DNA of 64,000 bases from Chiloscyllium plagiosum (taxonomy: Eukaryota), in assembly GCF_004010195.1 (NCBI RefSeq), contig NC_057722.1, positions 45,341,557 through 45,405,556 on the forward strand. The letters are read 5' to 3'. Position 1 is the stretch's first letter. Each line of letters starts with the position of its first letter. The position numbers were made by a program, and so were the translations under genes. The notes beneath the pieces were generated by a model. The model did no database searches, was not told where the DNA came from, and saw only the letters and a program-made list of their open reading frames with translations. Shown one piece after another: positions 50,682 through 63,563 of this stretch.

Positions 50682-51912
50682 GCTGAAAATGTGTTGCTGG
50701 AAAAGCGCAGCAGGTCAGGCAGCATCCAGGGAACAGGAGAATCGACGTTTCGGGCATAAGCCCTTCTTCAGGAATGAGGAAAGTTTGTCCAGCAGGCTAA
50801 GATAAAAGGTAGGGAGGAGGGACCTGGGGGAGGGGTGTTGGAAATGTGATAGGTGGAAAGAGGTCAAAGTGAGGGTGATAGGTCAGACTGGGGTGGGGGC
50901 AGAGAGGTCAGGAAGAAGATTGCAGGTTAGGAAGGCAGTGCTGAGTTCGATGGATTTGACTGAGACAAGGTGGGGGGAGGGAGAATGAGGAAACTGGTGA
51001 AATCCGAGTTCATCCCTTGTGGTTGGACGGTTCCTAGGTGGAAGATAAGGCGCTCTTCCTCCAACCGTCGTNNNNNNNNNNNNNNNNNNNNNNNNNNNNN
51101 NNNNNNNNNNNNNNNNNNNNNNNNNNNNNNNNNNNNNNNNNNNNNNNNNNNNNNNNNNNNNNNNNNNNNNNNNNNNNNNNNNNNNNNNNNNNNNNNNNNN
51201 NNNNNNNNNNNNNNNNNNNNNNNNNNNNNNNNNNNNNNNNNNNNNNNNNNNNNNNNNNNNNNNNNNNNNNNNNNNNNNNNNNNNNNNNNNNNNNNNNNNN
51301 NNNNNNNNNNNNNNNNNNNNNNNNNNNNNNNNNNNNNNNNNNNNNNNNNNNNNNNNNNNNNNNNNNNNNNNNNNNNNNNNNNNNNNNNNNNNNNNNNNNN
51401 NNNNNNNNNNNNNNNNNNNNNNNNNNNNNNNNNNNNNNNNNNNNNNNNNNNNNNNNNNNNNNNNNNNNNNNNNNNNNNNNNNNNNNNNNNNNNNNNNNNN
51501 NNNNNNNNNNNNNNNNNNNNNNNNNNNNNNNNNNNNNNNNNNNNNNNNNNNNNNNNNNNNNNNNNNNNNNNNNNNNNNNNNNNNNNNNNNNNNNNNNNNN
51601 NNNNNNNNNNNNNNNNNNNNNNNNNNNNNNNNNNNNNNNNNNNNNNNNNNNNNNNNNNNNNNNNNNNNNNNNNNNNNNNCATCTCCTCTGCCCTCTTTCC
51701 ACCTATCACATTTCCGACGCCCCTCCCCCAGGTCCCTCCTCCCTACCTTTTATCTTAGCCTGCTGGACAAACTTTCCTCATTCCTGAAGAAGGGCTTATG
51801 CCCGAAATGTCGATTCTCCTGTTCCCTGGATGCTGCCTGACCTGCTGCGCGTTTCCAGCAACAAATTTTCAGCTCTGATCTCCAGCATCTGCAGACCTCA
51901 CTTTCTCCTCAA
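50682..51912. mobile_element. PLE with long inverted ends around an assembly gap (N 51072-51679)
   Basis: The right arm (51690-51873) is the reverse complement of the left end. The GIY-YIG C-terminus RRLEEERLIFHLGTVQPQGMN is on the minus strand. TSD atataatggttccagc (50668-50683, 51913-51928). Hammerhead motifs occur in both arms. Confidence 0.9.
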
Positions 51913-52192
51913 ATATAATGGTTCCAGCCAGTTAATGGGCAACATAATATTTCAACATGATGGCATAAGGAGAAGCAGTCTCTGGGAGGTCAGCAGCTGG
52001 ATGAATCTCCAGTCTGTCTCTGGAGGTGCAACAGAAAGGACCCTCACATATTCATAGTATGCATTTAGGGAAAATGTGCATAACAGTAATTTTTTGTCTG
52101 TCAAACAATAATGTGTGCAACAAAAGTCACTGAAAGTCAGCTGTGGATGGACTATCATCACTGAATGCCCTGAATGTATAAAATTGTATTCT

Positions 52193-54756
52193 ATAAGATA
52201 GATAGTGGCAGAATTAGGCCATTTAGCCCATCATGTCTGCTCCACCATTCGATCATGGCTGATATGTTTTTCAACTCCATTGTCCTGCCTTCGTCCTGTA
52301 ACCTTTCATCCACTTTTTAATCAAGAACCTACTTCTGTTTTAAGTACACTTTAATGACTTGACCGCCACAGCCTTCTGCAGCAATGAGTTCCACAGATTC
52401 ACCACTCACTGGCTGAAGAAATGCCTCCTCAACTCAGTTCTAAAAGGTCATCCTTCACTCTGAGCTGTACCCTTGGGTCCTAGGCTCTCCTACTGGTGGA
52501 AACATCTTCTCCACATCCATTCTATCTAGGTCTTGCAGTATTCTGTAAGTTTCAATCAGATTCCCCCTCATCCTAAACTCCATTGAGCACATTGCCAGGG
52601 TTGGAGGATTTGAGCTACAGGGAGAGGCAGAATAGGCTGGGGCTGTTTTCCCTGGAGGCTGAGGGGTGACTTTATAGAGGTTTATAAAATCATGAGGGGC
52701 GTGGATATGGTAAATAGACAAGGTCTTTTCCCTGGGGTGAGGGAGTCCAGAACTAGAGGGCATAAGTTTAGGGTGAGAGGGGAAAGATTTAAAAGGGACC
52801 TAAGGGGAAACCTTTTCAAGCAAAAGGTGGTGTATGTATGGAATGAGCTGCCAGAGGAAATGGTGAAGGCTGGTAGAATTACAACATTTAAAAGACATCT
52901 GGATGGGTATATGAATAGAAGGGGTTTAGAGGGATATGGGCCAAGTGCTGGCAGGTGGGACTAGATTGGGTTGGGATATCTGGTCAGCATGGACAATTTG
53001 GACCGAAGAGTCCATTTCTGTGCTGTATATCTCTATGACTCTATGAGTACAGAACCAGAGTCCTCAACTGCTCATCATATGACAAGCCTTTAATTCCTGG
53101 AATCATTCTTATAAACCTCCTTTGGATCCTCTTCAACATCAGCACATCCTTCCTTAGATATAGGGCCCAGAATTACTCACAATATTCCAAATGTGATCTG
53201 ACCAGAGCCTTGTACAGACTCTGCAGTTCATCTTTGTTTTTGTACTCTAACCCTCTTGAAATGAATGCAAACATTGCATTTGTTTTCCTAACTGCCAACT
53301 GAACCTGCATGTTAACCTTAAGAGAACCCTGAGCTAGGAATCCAAAGACCCTTTGCACTTCAGAATTTGGAACCCTTTCCCCATTTAGAAAATAGTCTAG
53401 ACTTCTATTCTTCCTCTCAAAGTGCATAATCTCATAATTCCCCACATTGTACTCCATTTGCCACTTCTTTGCCCACTCTCCTAGCCGCTCCAAGTCCTTC
53501 TGCAGTCTCTCCATTTCTGCATCACAACCTGTCCATCCACCTACCTTTGTGTTGTCTGCAAACTTAGTTCCTTCATCTAGATAATTTATATATAAAGTGA
53601 ATAGTTGTGGTCCCAAGAAGAACCCCTGCGGAACTCTACTGGCCACCAGATGCCATTCTGAAAAAAGACATCTTTATCGCAACTCTCTACCTTCTGTCAG
53701 GCAGCCAATCCTCTATCCATGCCTGTACCTTGCCCCTAACACTATGGGACTCTTATCTTATTTAACAATTTCCTATATAGCCACTTGTCAAAGGCCTCAA
53801 AGAATTCTAGCAGATTTGTCAGGTACAACCTCCTCTTGATGAGGTCATGATGACTCAGTCCTATTTTACCATGCACTTTCAAGTACTCCACAATCTCATC
53901 CTTAATAATGGACTTTAACGTCTTACCAACAACCAAGGTTAGGCTAACTGGTCTATAGTTTCCTGTTTTCTGCCTCCCTGCCTTCTTAACCGGGGTGCTA
54001 CATTAGCCATTTTCCTCAGGCATCCTTCCTGACTCCACTGATTCCTGAAAGATCACCACCAATGCCTCTGAACATTCCTCAGCGATCTCCTTCAGAACTT
54101 GCGTGTACTCCATCTAGTCCAGGTAATTTATCCACCTTCAGACCTTGAAGCTCACCACCAGTCTGATAGTTCTGCTTGAAATGCTGCCATGATATTCTGT
54201 TATGCTGACTAATGCAAAGTTCCTATTCGGTTCCTCTACAATTACTTTTTCTCCAGCCTTATTTTCCACTGGTCCAAAGTCCACTCTTGCCTTTCTCTCT
54301 CTTATCTTATAGATTGCTAAAGAAAAATTCTTAAATCTTCTGTTATAGTTTTAGCTACCTTATCTTCATGTTTCATTTTCTCTCCCCCTTTTTTGTTATC
54401 CTCTGCTGACTTTTTAAAGATGTCACAATCTTCTGGCTTCCCACAAATCTTTACCACATTGTATGCTTTTTCTTCCTCTTTTATGTTGTCCCTGACTTCT
54501 CTTGTCATCTATGGTTGCCTTGTTCTCCCCTTACATGTTTCTTCTTCCCTAGGATGAATTTCTGCTGTGTCTCCCAAATTATCCCCTGAAATTCTTACCA
54601 TTGCTTCTCCATTATCTTCCCTGCTGGGCTCCCCTTCCAATCAACTCTGGCCAGCTCCTCTCTCAATGTTTGTAGTTACCTATTTTCAATTGTAATACCA
54701 GTAGATCCAATTCTAGCTTCTCCCTCTCAAACTGCAGGGTGAATTCTATCATATTC
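52193..54756 (-). mobile_element. CR1 LINE (second subfamily), decayed
   Basis: VPQGFFLGPQLF, KFADNTKVG, WAKKWQMEYNV, YKALVRSHLEYC, NLLEFFE. Confidence 0.88.
52588..53046 (+). mobile_element. CR1 3' fragment inserted antisense in the previous CR1
   Basis: SRTRGHKFRVRGERFKRDLRGN, VWNELPEE; tail ctctatgactctatga. Confidence 0.9.
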
Positions 54757-55402
54757 AAACCAACATACAAAAGTATAGGTGTCCCTGGATGTGAGAATGT
54801 GATTGGAGGTGTTCTGTCAAGATAGATTTGGTCAAGGTAAGTGATTATCTGTAGGTTATCTTCCTGTGCTTTTCTAGATTATTGCAATGCACATACACTC
54901 AACTGCTCTTCTTAAAGACAAAAAAAAAGTGTTGAAAACTAATCAAATTTTCCTGTCAGTCACACAAGGAATGGCTTGAAGTTTGGGGCAGTTCTAGTAA
55001 ATCTATCCTGGGATTTTGTGTGTGCAAGATCCAGTACAGAGGTCCTGTCCTGAAAGAAATTAATTAAACAATCAAAATACTTTTCATTGTGGAAAGATAC
55101 TGAGAACTTGAGGAGAAGGACCCCAAAATGGAAGAAATTGAGTCCAATCCTCCATGACGAGGAAATGTTATTACCCTTGGCTGAGAATCCGCAGCACGCA
55201 ATGTCATAGCTGAGGAACAATGATATTGGCCTAGGTAGCCTCGACCAAATTAAATCTTTTCAGCCCCAAAACACAACTGCAGGAGTCCTCTGCAGAGCAT
55301 TCCTTGCACAGACATATTCAACAGCTTCATCATTGTATTCCTTCCAGGAGCTGTTTGCCTCAGATTTCTTCACAATCATGGCCTGGTATATTAACATATA
55401 GG

Positions 55403-55620
55403 AGAAAGTGAGGTCTGCAGATGCTGGAGATCAGAGCTGAAAATGTGTTGCTGGAAAAGCGCAGCAGGTCAGGCAGCATCCAGGGAACAGGAGAATTGAC
55501 GTTTCGGGCATAAGCCCTTCTTCAGGATTCCTGAAGAAGGGCTTATGCCCGAAACGTCGATTCTCCTGTTCCCTGGATGCTGCCTGACCTGCTGCGCTTT
55601 TCCAGCAACACATTTTCAGC
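55403..55620. mobile_element. PLE-derived near-perfect palindrome with a hammerhead on each strand
   Basis: 92-bp arms (55436-55527, 55529-55620), 1-nt spacer, 1 mismatch, ~33-bp unpaired tail on the left. Perfect 15-bp TSD atattaacatatagg (55388-55402, 55621-55635). CTGAAGA-agggc-ttat-gccc-GAAA-cgTC from 55531. Confidence 0.93.
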
Positions 55621-56689
55621 ATATTAACATATAGGCTTAGAGTAATACATGGCAGGTAACATATGTGCCACCTGGGATTTTAGGGGCATGGTATCATAAA
55701 AAACAATGGCCTGTGAGTGTTAATTTCACACGCAGGCATTTTATAATGTTTTGCTGCATATGGTTGAGATAATGGATAAATGGGAGGAGTCTACAACCCC
55801 CTATCTTCACAGACTGCAGGAATTTCTTTCACAGCATGCAAAAATACCTTGAAGTCTATGACAGCTGAAATTGTTGCAATGTCAGATTGTCTGACCAGGA
55901 GCAGAAAGACCTTGTAAGGAAATCAGATTTTTTTTATAAAAGCAGCTAAAAGTCCTGCAATAGGACAATTTTACAGGGCTTATTGGTGCTATTCATCTGT
56001 AATAACACTAACCAGTAACAATTCAGAGTTTGTGCCCGGCTACTGTAGATTGCAAAAATTGTGTGCAGATGTCGCTACTTTGTTAGAGAGCAGCAATAAA
56101 TTAATTCCTTAATGTTACCTTTGGGCCAAAAGTAGATCTCGGCAGGTTTGGCAGGAGTTCAAGGAAATTTATGAAATGAAGCCCAACTATTAAATCAGTT
56201 AAAGATCATTGTTTACAAGTGTGGCACCACTTCAGAGATCAGTTCTGCATTTTCCACTGCACATCCCAATCCCCTGCATGACCATTAAAATCAGAGCTAC
56301 TGTGTAAAATTAGTAAAGGTAGAAAAATGGAAAAGCAAAATACTGCAGATGGTGGAAATTGGAACTAAAAACAAAATCTCACAGACCTGTTAGCATGTGG
56401 AGAGAAACAGAGTTAATGTTTCATGTTGACGGCCTTTCACAAAAAAGCAAATCTGACAGCACCAGAAGCAATGTTAAACCGATTAGAAACGTTTCAAAAG
56501 ATGGATTGCTAATTCTGAGAGGCTTGCAGCAAGGGAAGGAACCTCATTGTTGTTCATTAATAAATCGTTTAAGCTGCTTGTCTAGCTAAGCTCTTCAATA
56601 CAGCAATAAGCTTGACACTGATCTCACAATATAGAAGACTGCCTGCAAATATCTATCCATAAATAAATGTGATGAAGCTTAGATAGCTA

Positions 56690-57270
56690 ATTATTGCCTT
56701 ATCTGCCTTCTCTGAATCATTACTGGACAGATAGGAGTCTTAATAATGCCATCAAACATTGCATACTCACCAATAAGGTGAATAAGCAAGGTCTGAATGT
56801 CAAAGGAGATATATGTAGCTGTCCTTAATATCAAAGCAGCATTTAACTGAGCATGGCATCAAGCAGAATTATCAAAGTGGTGGGAGGAGGATGTCAAACC
56901 TTCCAATCACAGGAGTCTTACCCAAGAATAAGTGATTTAGGTTGTCAAAAATCAATTGACACAGCCTTAGAATATCACTTCTCTGAGAAGCGCTCTTGGT
57001 TCAACCATCCTTAGTTGCTTCATCTTTGACTTCCTTTCATCATAAGGTCAAGAATAATAATGATGACTCTATGTTCAGCTCCATTCACAGCATTTATTAC
57101 AGAGCCTTGCACATAAACACACAGGCTTGGGTTGATAAATGGCAGATTACAAGTGCCAGATGGTGACCTTGTAAAAAGAAAGCTCAGCCAACTCCCCCTT
57201 CTTTCAAAGGCACCAACATTACCTTGTAGAAATTGACAATGACCAGAAGCTTAACTGACCCAGTTAAATT
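56690..57270 (+). mobile_element. Very decayed CR1/L2-group LINE RT (related to 18308; similar relic ~55220-55680)
   Basis: cttaatatcaaagcagcatttaactgagcatggcatcaa reads as LNIKAAFN*AWHQ (LDIKAAFDRVWHQ-like). Confidence 0.5.
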
Positions 57271-59004
57271 TGCTCAGGTTGCTTACCTGCTCTCGAGCCA
57301 TGGGAGTTGACAATTTACAATTTTAAAAAGCTACTGGTGGTTTAAACTCATTTTAAAAAGGAACCTACAGAATTACAATTACATTGGCCTGGATTTTCCA
57401 ATGTTCAGACATTGATTTTATTCTAGTGTCGATGGGAGTTAACCTGGGAAGTCTGCAGAATTCCTATTATAGTGGAATCCAAAGGAATTGGCTGGAAAAT
57501 TAAAAATTCCAGTGGGGAATTCCTCTTTGCTTGGAAACCACCAAAAGTTTCCACGGAAATCAAAGAACTTGGAGGGTTCTGATGAAATTAAATAAATAGT
57601 TAGTCAGGGAAAGGTAGCCTATTAAATACAGTCTCACTTCCCTGAGTAACTATTAAGCTGACCCTGTACTTACCCCATCTGCTGACCTGACAGCCCCAGG
57701 ATCTGATCCCTCTGCCCTGCTCTGGATATGTTCTCAGCTGGAGCTAACCCCATTCACCCAGCCGAGATCTGCTTTCCCCTTCAGCTGCTCCACACCTGTT
57801 CGTCATGCCTCTCACCAACTAGTCCCCTTCCCTTCCCATGCCACCAGAACCAGCCCCGAACCCCAAACCAACACTTACCTTCCCCTATCTTTGCTAAACC
57901 TGATTTCTCTCACCCCCACCCCCATCTTAATATAAATATTATATCACTTACCTGGTTCCCTGGCCACCTTACACCCTATCAATTTGACACCCTATCACCC
58001 ACTGAACTGGCCACGTACTTACCTGGCACCCTACCCAGATGGCACCCTATTTACCTGACATCCTCCTCAGCTCGCACCCTATCCCACTCCCACACTGCTC
58101 CTCCCACCTACCACACCATCTGTCCCAATTCCATTTTTTTATTGATTTCAGATTTCACCACTTGTCACGGTGGGATTTGAAAACAAATCCACAGAACATT
58201 TCCTGGGTCTCTCAATTACTTGTCTAGTGATAATACCCCTGGGCCTCCCCTGCCCCATCACCTTCAGTTCCTTCCTTTGTAGTTTGAGAAATGTTGGCAG
58301 CCAATATAGAATCTGATTATTTAAAGAGTATACTTTATCTTTTCTATTCCAATTAATTTTCAAGGGATTGATTTTTTTTCCTTGACTTTTATAAATAAGT
58401 CACATTCCTCATGCTGAGACAGAATTTAACTTTCAGCATACAAGGCATACAGTACAGGGAGTATGTTTGATTTAAATGCACATTGGGGAAGTGGTCTGGT
58501 TACAAAGTATGTTGGTGTCAATAAGTCACTACCACAACACCGTGGAACACATGCCCATTCCTGTTGTTGCCTCAATTACAACTCCTTGACTTCAGATGGA
58601 TGTTGACAGGAGGAAAGAATAGTCAAAAGGATGTCCTTATCTATTCAAAAGGAAGGAATAATTGGAAAACTTAGTCATTTTGCATCACACCCATATACAA
58701 GCTATCATCCAACTCAACTTTGTAATTAAGAGAAAGTTCCCAAAAACCCATTTCCCCTTCTCAGTCAGCAATGATGCATGGTCACATGGTCTGAATATCC
58801 TTTCAGATCATTCTAGCTCTGCATCTTTAAGGTCCTCCTTAAAATCCACTTTTTTTTTGCCAAAATGATTTTTTCTTTAATCACACTAATACCCATTTTA
58901 TTCTTGGGCTCAGTGCTGAGATTTTGATTGCACTTCTTTGAAGCACCTTGACGTTTTCCTAAAACAGCTGCATGAATGTTTAGAGTGTTTAGAGTGTTTA
59001 GAAT

Positions 59005-59270
59005 TTCAGAGTGTTACAAGGCGACATAAATTTAAGGTGAAGGGTGGAAGGTATAGGGGGGATGTCAGGGGTAGGTTCTTTACCCAGAGTGGTGGGGGCA
59101 TGGAATGCGCTGCCTGTGGGAGTGGCAGAGTCAGAATCATTGGCGATCTTTAAGCGGCAATTGGATAGGTACATGGATGGGTGCTTAAGCTAGGACAAAT
59201 GTTCGGCACAACATTGTGGGCCGAAGGGCCTGTTCTGTGCTATATTGTTCTATGTTCTACGTTCTATGTT
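59005..59270 (+). mobile_element. CR1 3'-end fragment
   Basis: TRRHKFKVKGGRYRGDVRGRFFTQ; (TGTTCTA)n-like tail. Confidence 0.88.
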
Positions 59271-61570
59271 TAAAGTAGTAGAACATCTGGAGGCACGCCA
59301 GCACTATCTGGAAAAATTTACATCAATCTACATAAGGACTGATTAGATCAGATGACCGTTAGTTTCGTAATATGTAGAATTCAAGGAGTTTTTAAAGAAG
59401 TGGAGAGGTTTGGGAGAGAATCCCGGAGTTTATGTCTTAAGCATTTGAACGTAAGACAAACAATGGAAAAGTAATTAAAGCTGGCGATGCGTAAGTTGTC
59501 AGAATTGGCACTGTGCAACAGTCTAGAAGGTTTTTGGGACTGGAATAGATTACAGCCTTGAAGGTATTAAAAACATAAGTGATTTTGGTGATAGTGAGAT
59601 GTGTGACAGAATCAGATGAGTCCAGCGAGGCCCATCACGACATTGGGATCTTTTTCTACCCATTATGCTTTTCACAAGCGGCTTGGCGAGTTTCTCACTA
59701 GGCAGCTGAGCAGTCAATGAGGGGATTATTGCCTCTTAAATGCCTGGTTGGTGGCTCAATTCACCTAATTACTATTCAGTTTCCTCCAACATCCATGTTG
59801 TATTCGATATAACTGCAACCGAGGCCATGGACACCAGCTATATGCTACCCTCATCCACAGACATTCCTTCTGGTGTCTGTCATCTTGATGCCTCTCTGAT
59901 ACATTTGCAGGGTGGTCTGGAAGCACAGACTTGCATTTCAGGGTACACCAGCAACTAACATTGAAAGGCTCCACATGAGCAGGAACTCAGTTCATACACT
60001 GGACAATATTTCTTCTCAGGGCTACTCACTTGCTCCCTTAATGCTTGCTCACTCTGCATCTATCTAGTTGTTTATGTCATACATGTCTAGCTTTACCTTG
60101 CCAATTAGAACAGTCACAAAACCAGGCAGCTTGCCTTGCTGGTTGACAGTCCATCGTCATGCATGTGGACAGCAGCGTGCAACATCAATCTCATATTTGC
60201 ACCACTTGCCAGCATCTTATGCAGCAAACATACTGCATGGGAGTCCAACAGGCAGCCATCTCTCAAAATCTTAGAGGAGTAGTAGACCTCGCTGAAGTCT
60301 ATGTCACTTGTCAGTCAGAGAGTCCTGGCACAGTAAGTCAAGGGATCAGCCTCTGATATCAATCTCTGGGCTTGATCACTGTCAGATTTCTGCTTGGGGT
60401 AATCTCGGTCAGGGAAGCCTGTGCCTCTGTAGTCCAGAGAGTGGGTCATGGTCAGTCCAAAGGCTAAATAATGTCCAATCTGAGGGTCAAGACTAATCCA
60501 GTTGGTGGAATGTACAGCTGCCAGGTCTGCATTCTTCTCATCTGGGAGATGTACATTGAGGGCACTCAAGGGAATGAGCCTTGGTCAGTCAGTTAGCTCT
60601 GATCTACAGACAATAAAAGGAAGGAGGCGCTGAGACTTGGCAGATTAGTCTTTGGGATGGGAGATTGCAGGCTGGGGAAGGGGAGGGAGAAGGATAATTG
60701 TGAGGGGGGGTAGGCGCAACAGTATCCACAAGGAGCAGTAATGGGGGTAGTGACAGTGTATGACCACATCAGGCATGGTCACCTGATATATGAGGGGCTT
60801 GGTAGGCAGCTACAGGTTAATTTAGATCGGTTAGGTGGGTGGTGAGAAGTCTATGGGGTTTACAGAAAGGGCTACCAGGAAGGAGATCTGGAATTTTTTT
60901 TAATTCATTTTTGGCATGTGGGCATTGCTAGAAGATTAACATTTACTATCTGCCATGGTTTGCCCTTGAGAAGGTGGTGATGAGCTCCCTTTTGGGAGGA
61001 AGGGTGGAAACTGGAAGCTTCTGGTTAAGGAGCACTCACTGTCTCAATCCGTCCTGCTGAATAGTGAAAGTGCACAGTGGAGGAGAAAATGGCAGCACCC
61101 AGGTTTGGAGTGGATGGGATAATTGAGAGAAGGAACTGTGGCAGCCATGGACATTAGAGGATTTAAAGGGAAAGATCATTCCATGTACTGTACAGGGTAC
61201 AGACTTGTGACGTCCCTATTTCCTGGCTATCTTAAGGCTTTGCTCTCCTCTGTATACTGTACTTCCCTGTCACAGATATTGCTAAATGCTCATGGACAAC
61301 ATACACAGTAATTGATGTCAGACAAGGAGCAACATTGTGAAATCGTTGAGCTGCTGTCAATGGTGTGCAAATTTGTTTTCAGATGATGTCACTGAGGAGC
61401 AGCATGTGGATGAGAAATGGTAAATGACTGAGTGGAAGGGTCCAAATGCATTTTCTCTATCAAATCCTTGGAAATATATCTTAGTCCTTTCACTTTCCTT
61501 CCAGTCATGTTTGCCAAATGCACTTGTTTTCATCCTTGTGAGAAGTGTATGCAAGTTTTAATTTGCATTT

Positions 61571-61765
61571 TAGAACATAGAACAGTATGGCACAGTACAG
61601 GCCCTTCGGCCCTCAATGTTGGGCCGGCCTTTTAATCCTACTCTAAGATCAGACTAACCTACATACCCTTCATTCTACTATCTTCCATGTGCCTATCCAA
61701 GAGTTGCTTACATGTCCCTAATGTATCTGAATCTAATGCCTGTCCCTAATGTATCTGACTCTGTT
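61571..61765 (-). mobile_element. CR1 3'-tail fragment
   Basis: tagaacatagaacagtatggcacagtacaggcccttcggccc, with an internal 18-bp duplication tgtccctaatgtatctga. Confidence 0.75.
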
Positions 61766-63563
61766 TTAGAATTGTTCATAAGTTGGCTTCTGTTTGTAAC
61801 TTTCTTTCTCTCAAATTGACTGGTATATCTCCGAGCTCTTGTACATTTCTTCCATTGTAACCTGGCAACCTTCTGAAAGCAAATGGGTCTTTGGCTTGCC
61901 AAAATGCAATAAGTGTTCCAAGCTATCGAATGAGAATGTGGAATTGTGAACTCTCTGATGTTTACTGATGATGTATGGTGTATTAATTCTGTAACATTAT
62001 GGCATTGTGACAAAACCTGAGCAGTTAAATGTGGAGTGCTTCCATTTTACATCATTCAAGTTACAGTAAATTAAATCCTAAGCTGTGGCAATGATTGAAA
62101 TGACACTAGTGATTGTCGGGGACACAGTTACAAAATGGTATACACAGTACTTTGGCTGCAGACATATTTGGAAAAGATTCAATTCTACAGCTAACAGCCA
62201 AAATATATTTTATAAACGTGTCCATTTTTGAATGGCAGTTTTGAATCTCGATTTAAAAACTGCAGTGTTCACAGTAGAATGGCATTTCATCATTAATTTT
62301 CAAGTGTTCTATATTTGGGTTGCATTTAAAAAAAACAAATGTGCTAATTGAACCGTAAGAACTTGTTCTGGAATTTAGTTTTTTAAAATTCTTTAATTGG
62401 AATGGGCATTACCCATCCCTAAGTGCCTTAGAACTGAATGGCTTGCTGGATTATCTCATAGGGTACTTAAGTGCCAATCGCAACTACATAGATTTGAAGC
62501 CACATGTAGGCCAAGCCTTGATCTGAATAGCAGACTTCCTTCCATTAAGGGCATAAGTAAAGCAGATATGCTTTCACAGCCTTTCACAGATCGGGTTGGG
62601 TGACTATCAATTCAGTTCTGTAATTGCCAAGGTGAGTTTGCATAGTGGTAGGAACATTACAATTGGTGTCAGGAGTCTGCACATAAGGACAGGCAGAGAC
62701 AGTAAGCCCTGGAATATATTATGCCTGACATTCACCTGCAAAAATGAGTTACACATGAACGAGATAATGTTAGAAAACTGCTCATTCTTAACTTCTTAAT
62801 AATTTATAGGCTAGGTATTGGCTTGCCCTGATTTTCATGAATGCTGATCATGCTTTGTACTTTGACTACAACCAATTAGATTGTAGTGGGCAGCATGTAC
62901 ATTTGGTTCAAACTCTTCTGAAATATTGTTGCATGCAACTGAGTATGTCCTGAGTATGATGTTGTGTTCTTTTTAACATTGCTACCTGCCCCTGTGCTGT
63001 TCAGAGTAGCCCAGCAACATTCCTCACCAACATTCCTCATTCAACTTGGCACTTCAAGCATGCTTCATCATTCATTATGATCGTGGATGATCATCCAACC
63101 CAGTAACCTGTCCTGCTATCTCACCATACCCTTTAATCCCTTTCATCCTATGAACTATAACTAACATATCTTAAAATAATGTTGCACTGAAGAATAATTC
63201 TGGAACTTATTTTATAACAAGTAAATACTGTGATGGAAAGGGGATTCCAAGATGATAGACAAAACAAATCACAGCATTAATGGTGGAGGTAAATCAGAGG
63301 GCAACCTCAAGAACAACTCTCAGAAAGCAATGAGAGAAGGTGGGCAGAGAGGTCAGCTCCTCGAGTTTCAAATCTGGAGAGTTGGTAACAGTGCCTGAAG
63401 AAGTATGATGACTTCATCTGGGAGGTCAATGTCAGTGAAAGCGATATCTTGTACCCATCACACCACTGACCTCTCACATTGCTCAATGCACCATGCATTC
63501 CTCAAATCATATTCCCAGCAGCATTCCTGATATACAAGATTCATGCCTAACATTTAGATTCTC

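Noticed and set aside
43643-51787. Long ORFs of 170-260 aa in the ORF track around the gaps (also 4960-5652)
   Set aside because: They consist mostly of X from N runs.
55436-55620. Hairpin as a microRNA gene
   Set aside because: It is fully explained by inverted PLE pLTRs and has no miRNA-like loop or recognisable mature sequence.
58975-59003. Short tandem (tgtttagag)x3 and similar small duplications (36354-36396)
   Set aside because: Ordinary slippage at TE ends.
59620-61330. Possible Harbinger/Myb-SANT DNA transposon debris (also 63300-63500)
   Set aside because: Too degenerate; no motif or TIR could be supported by eye.
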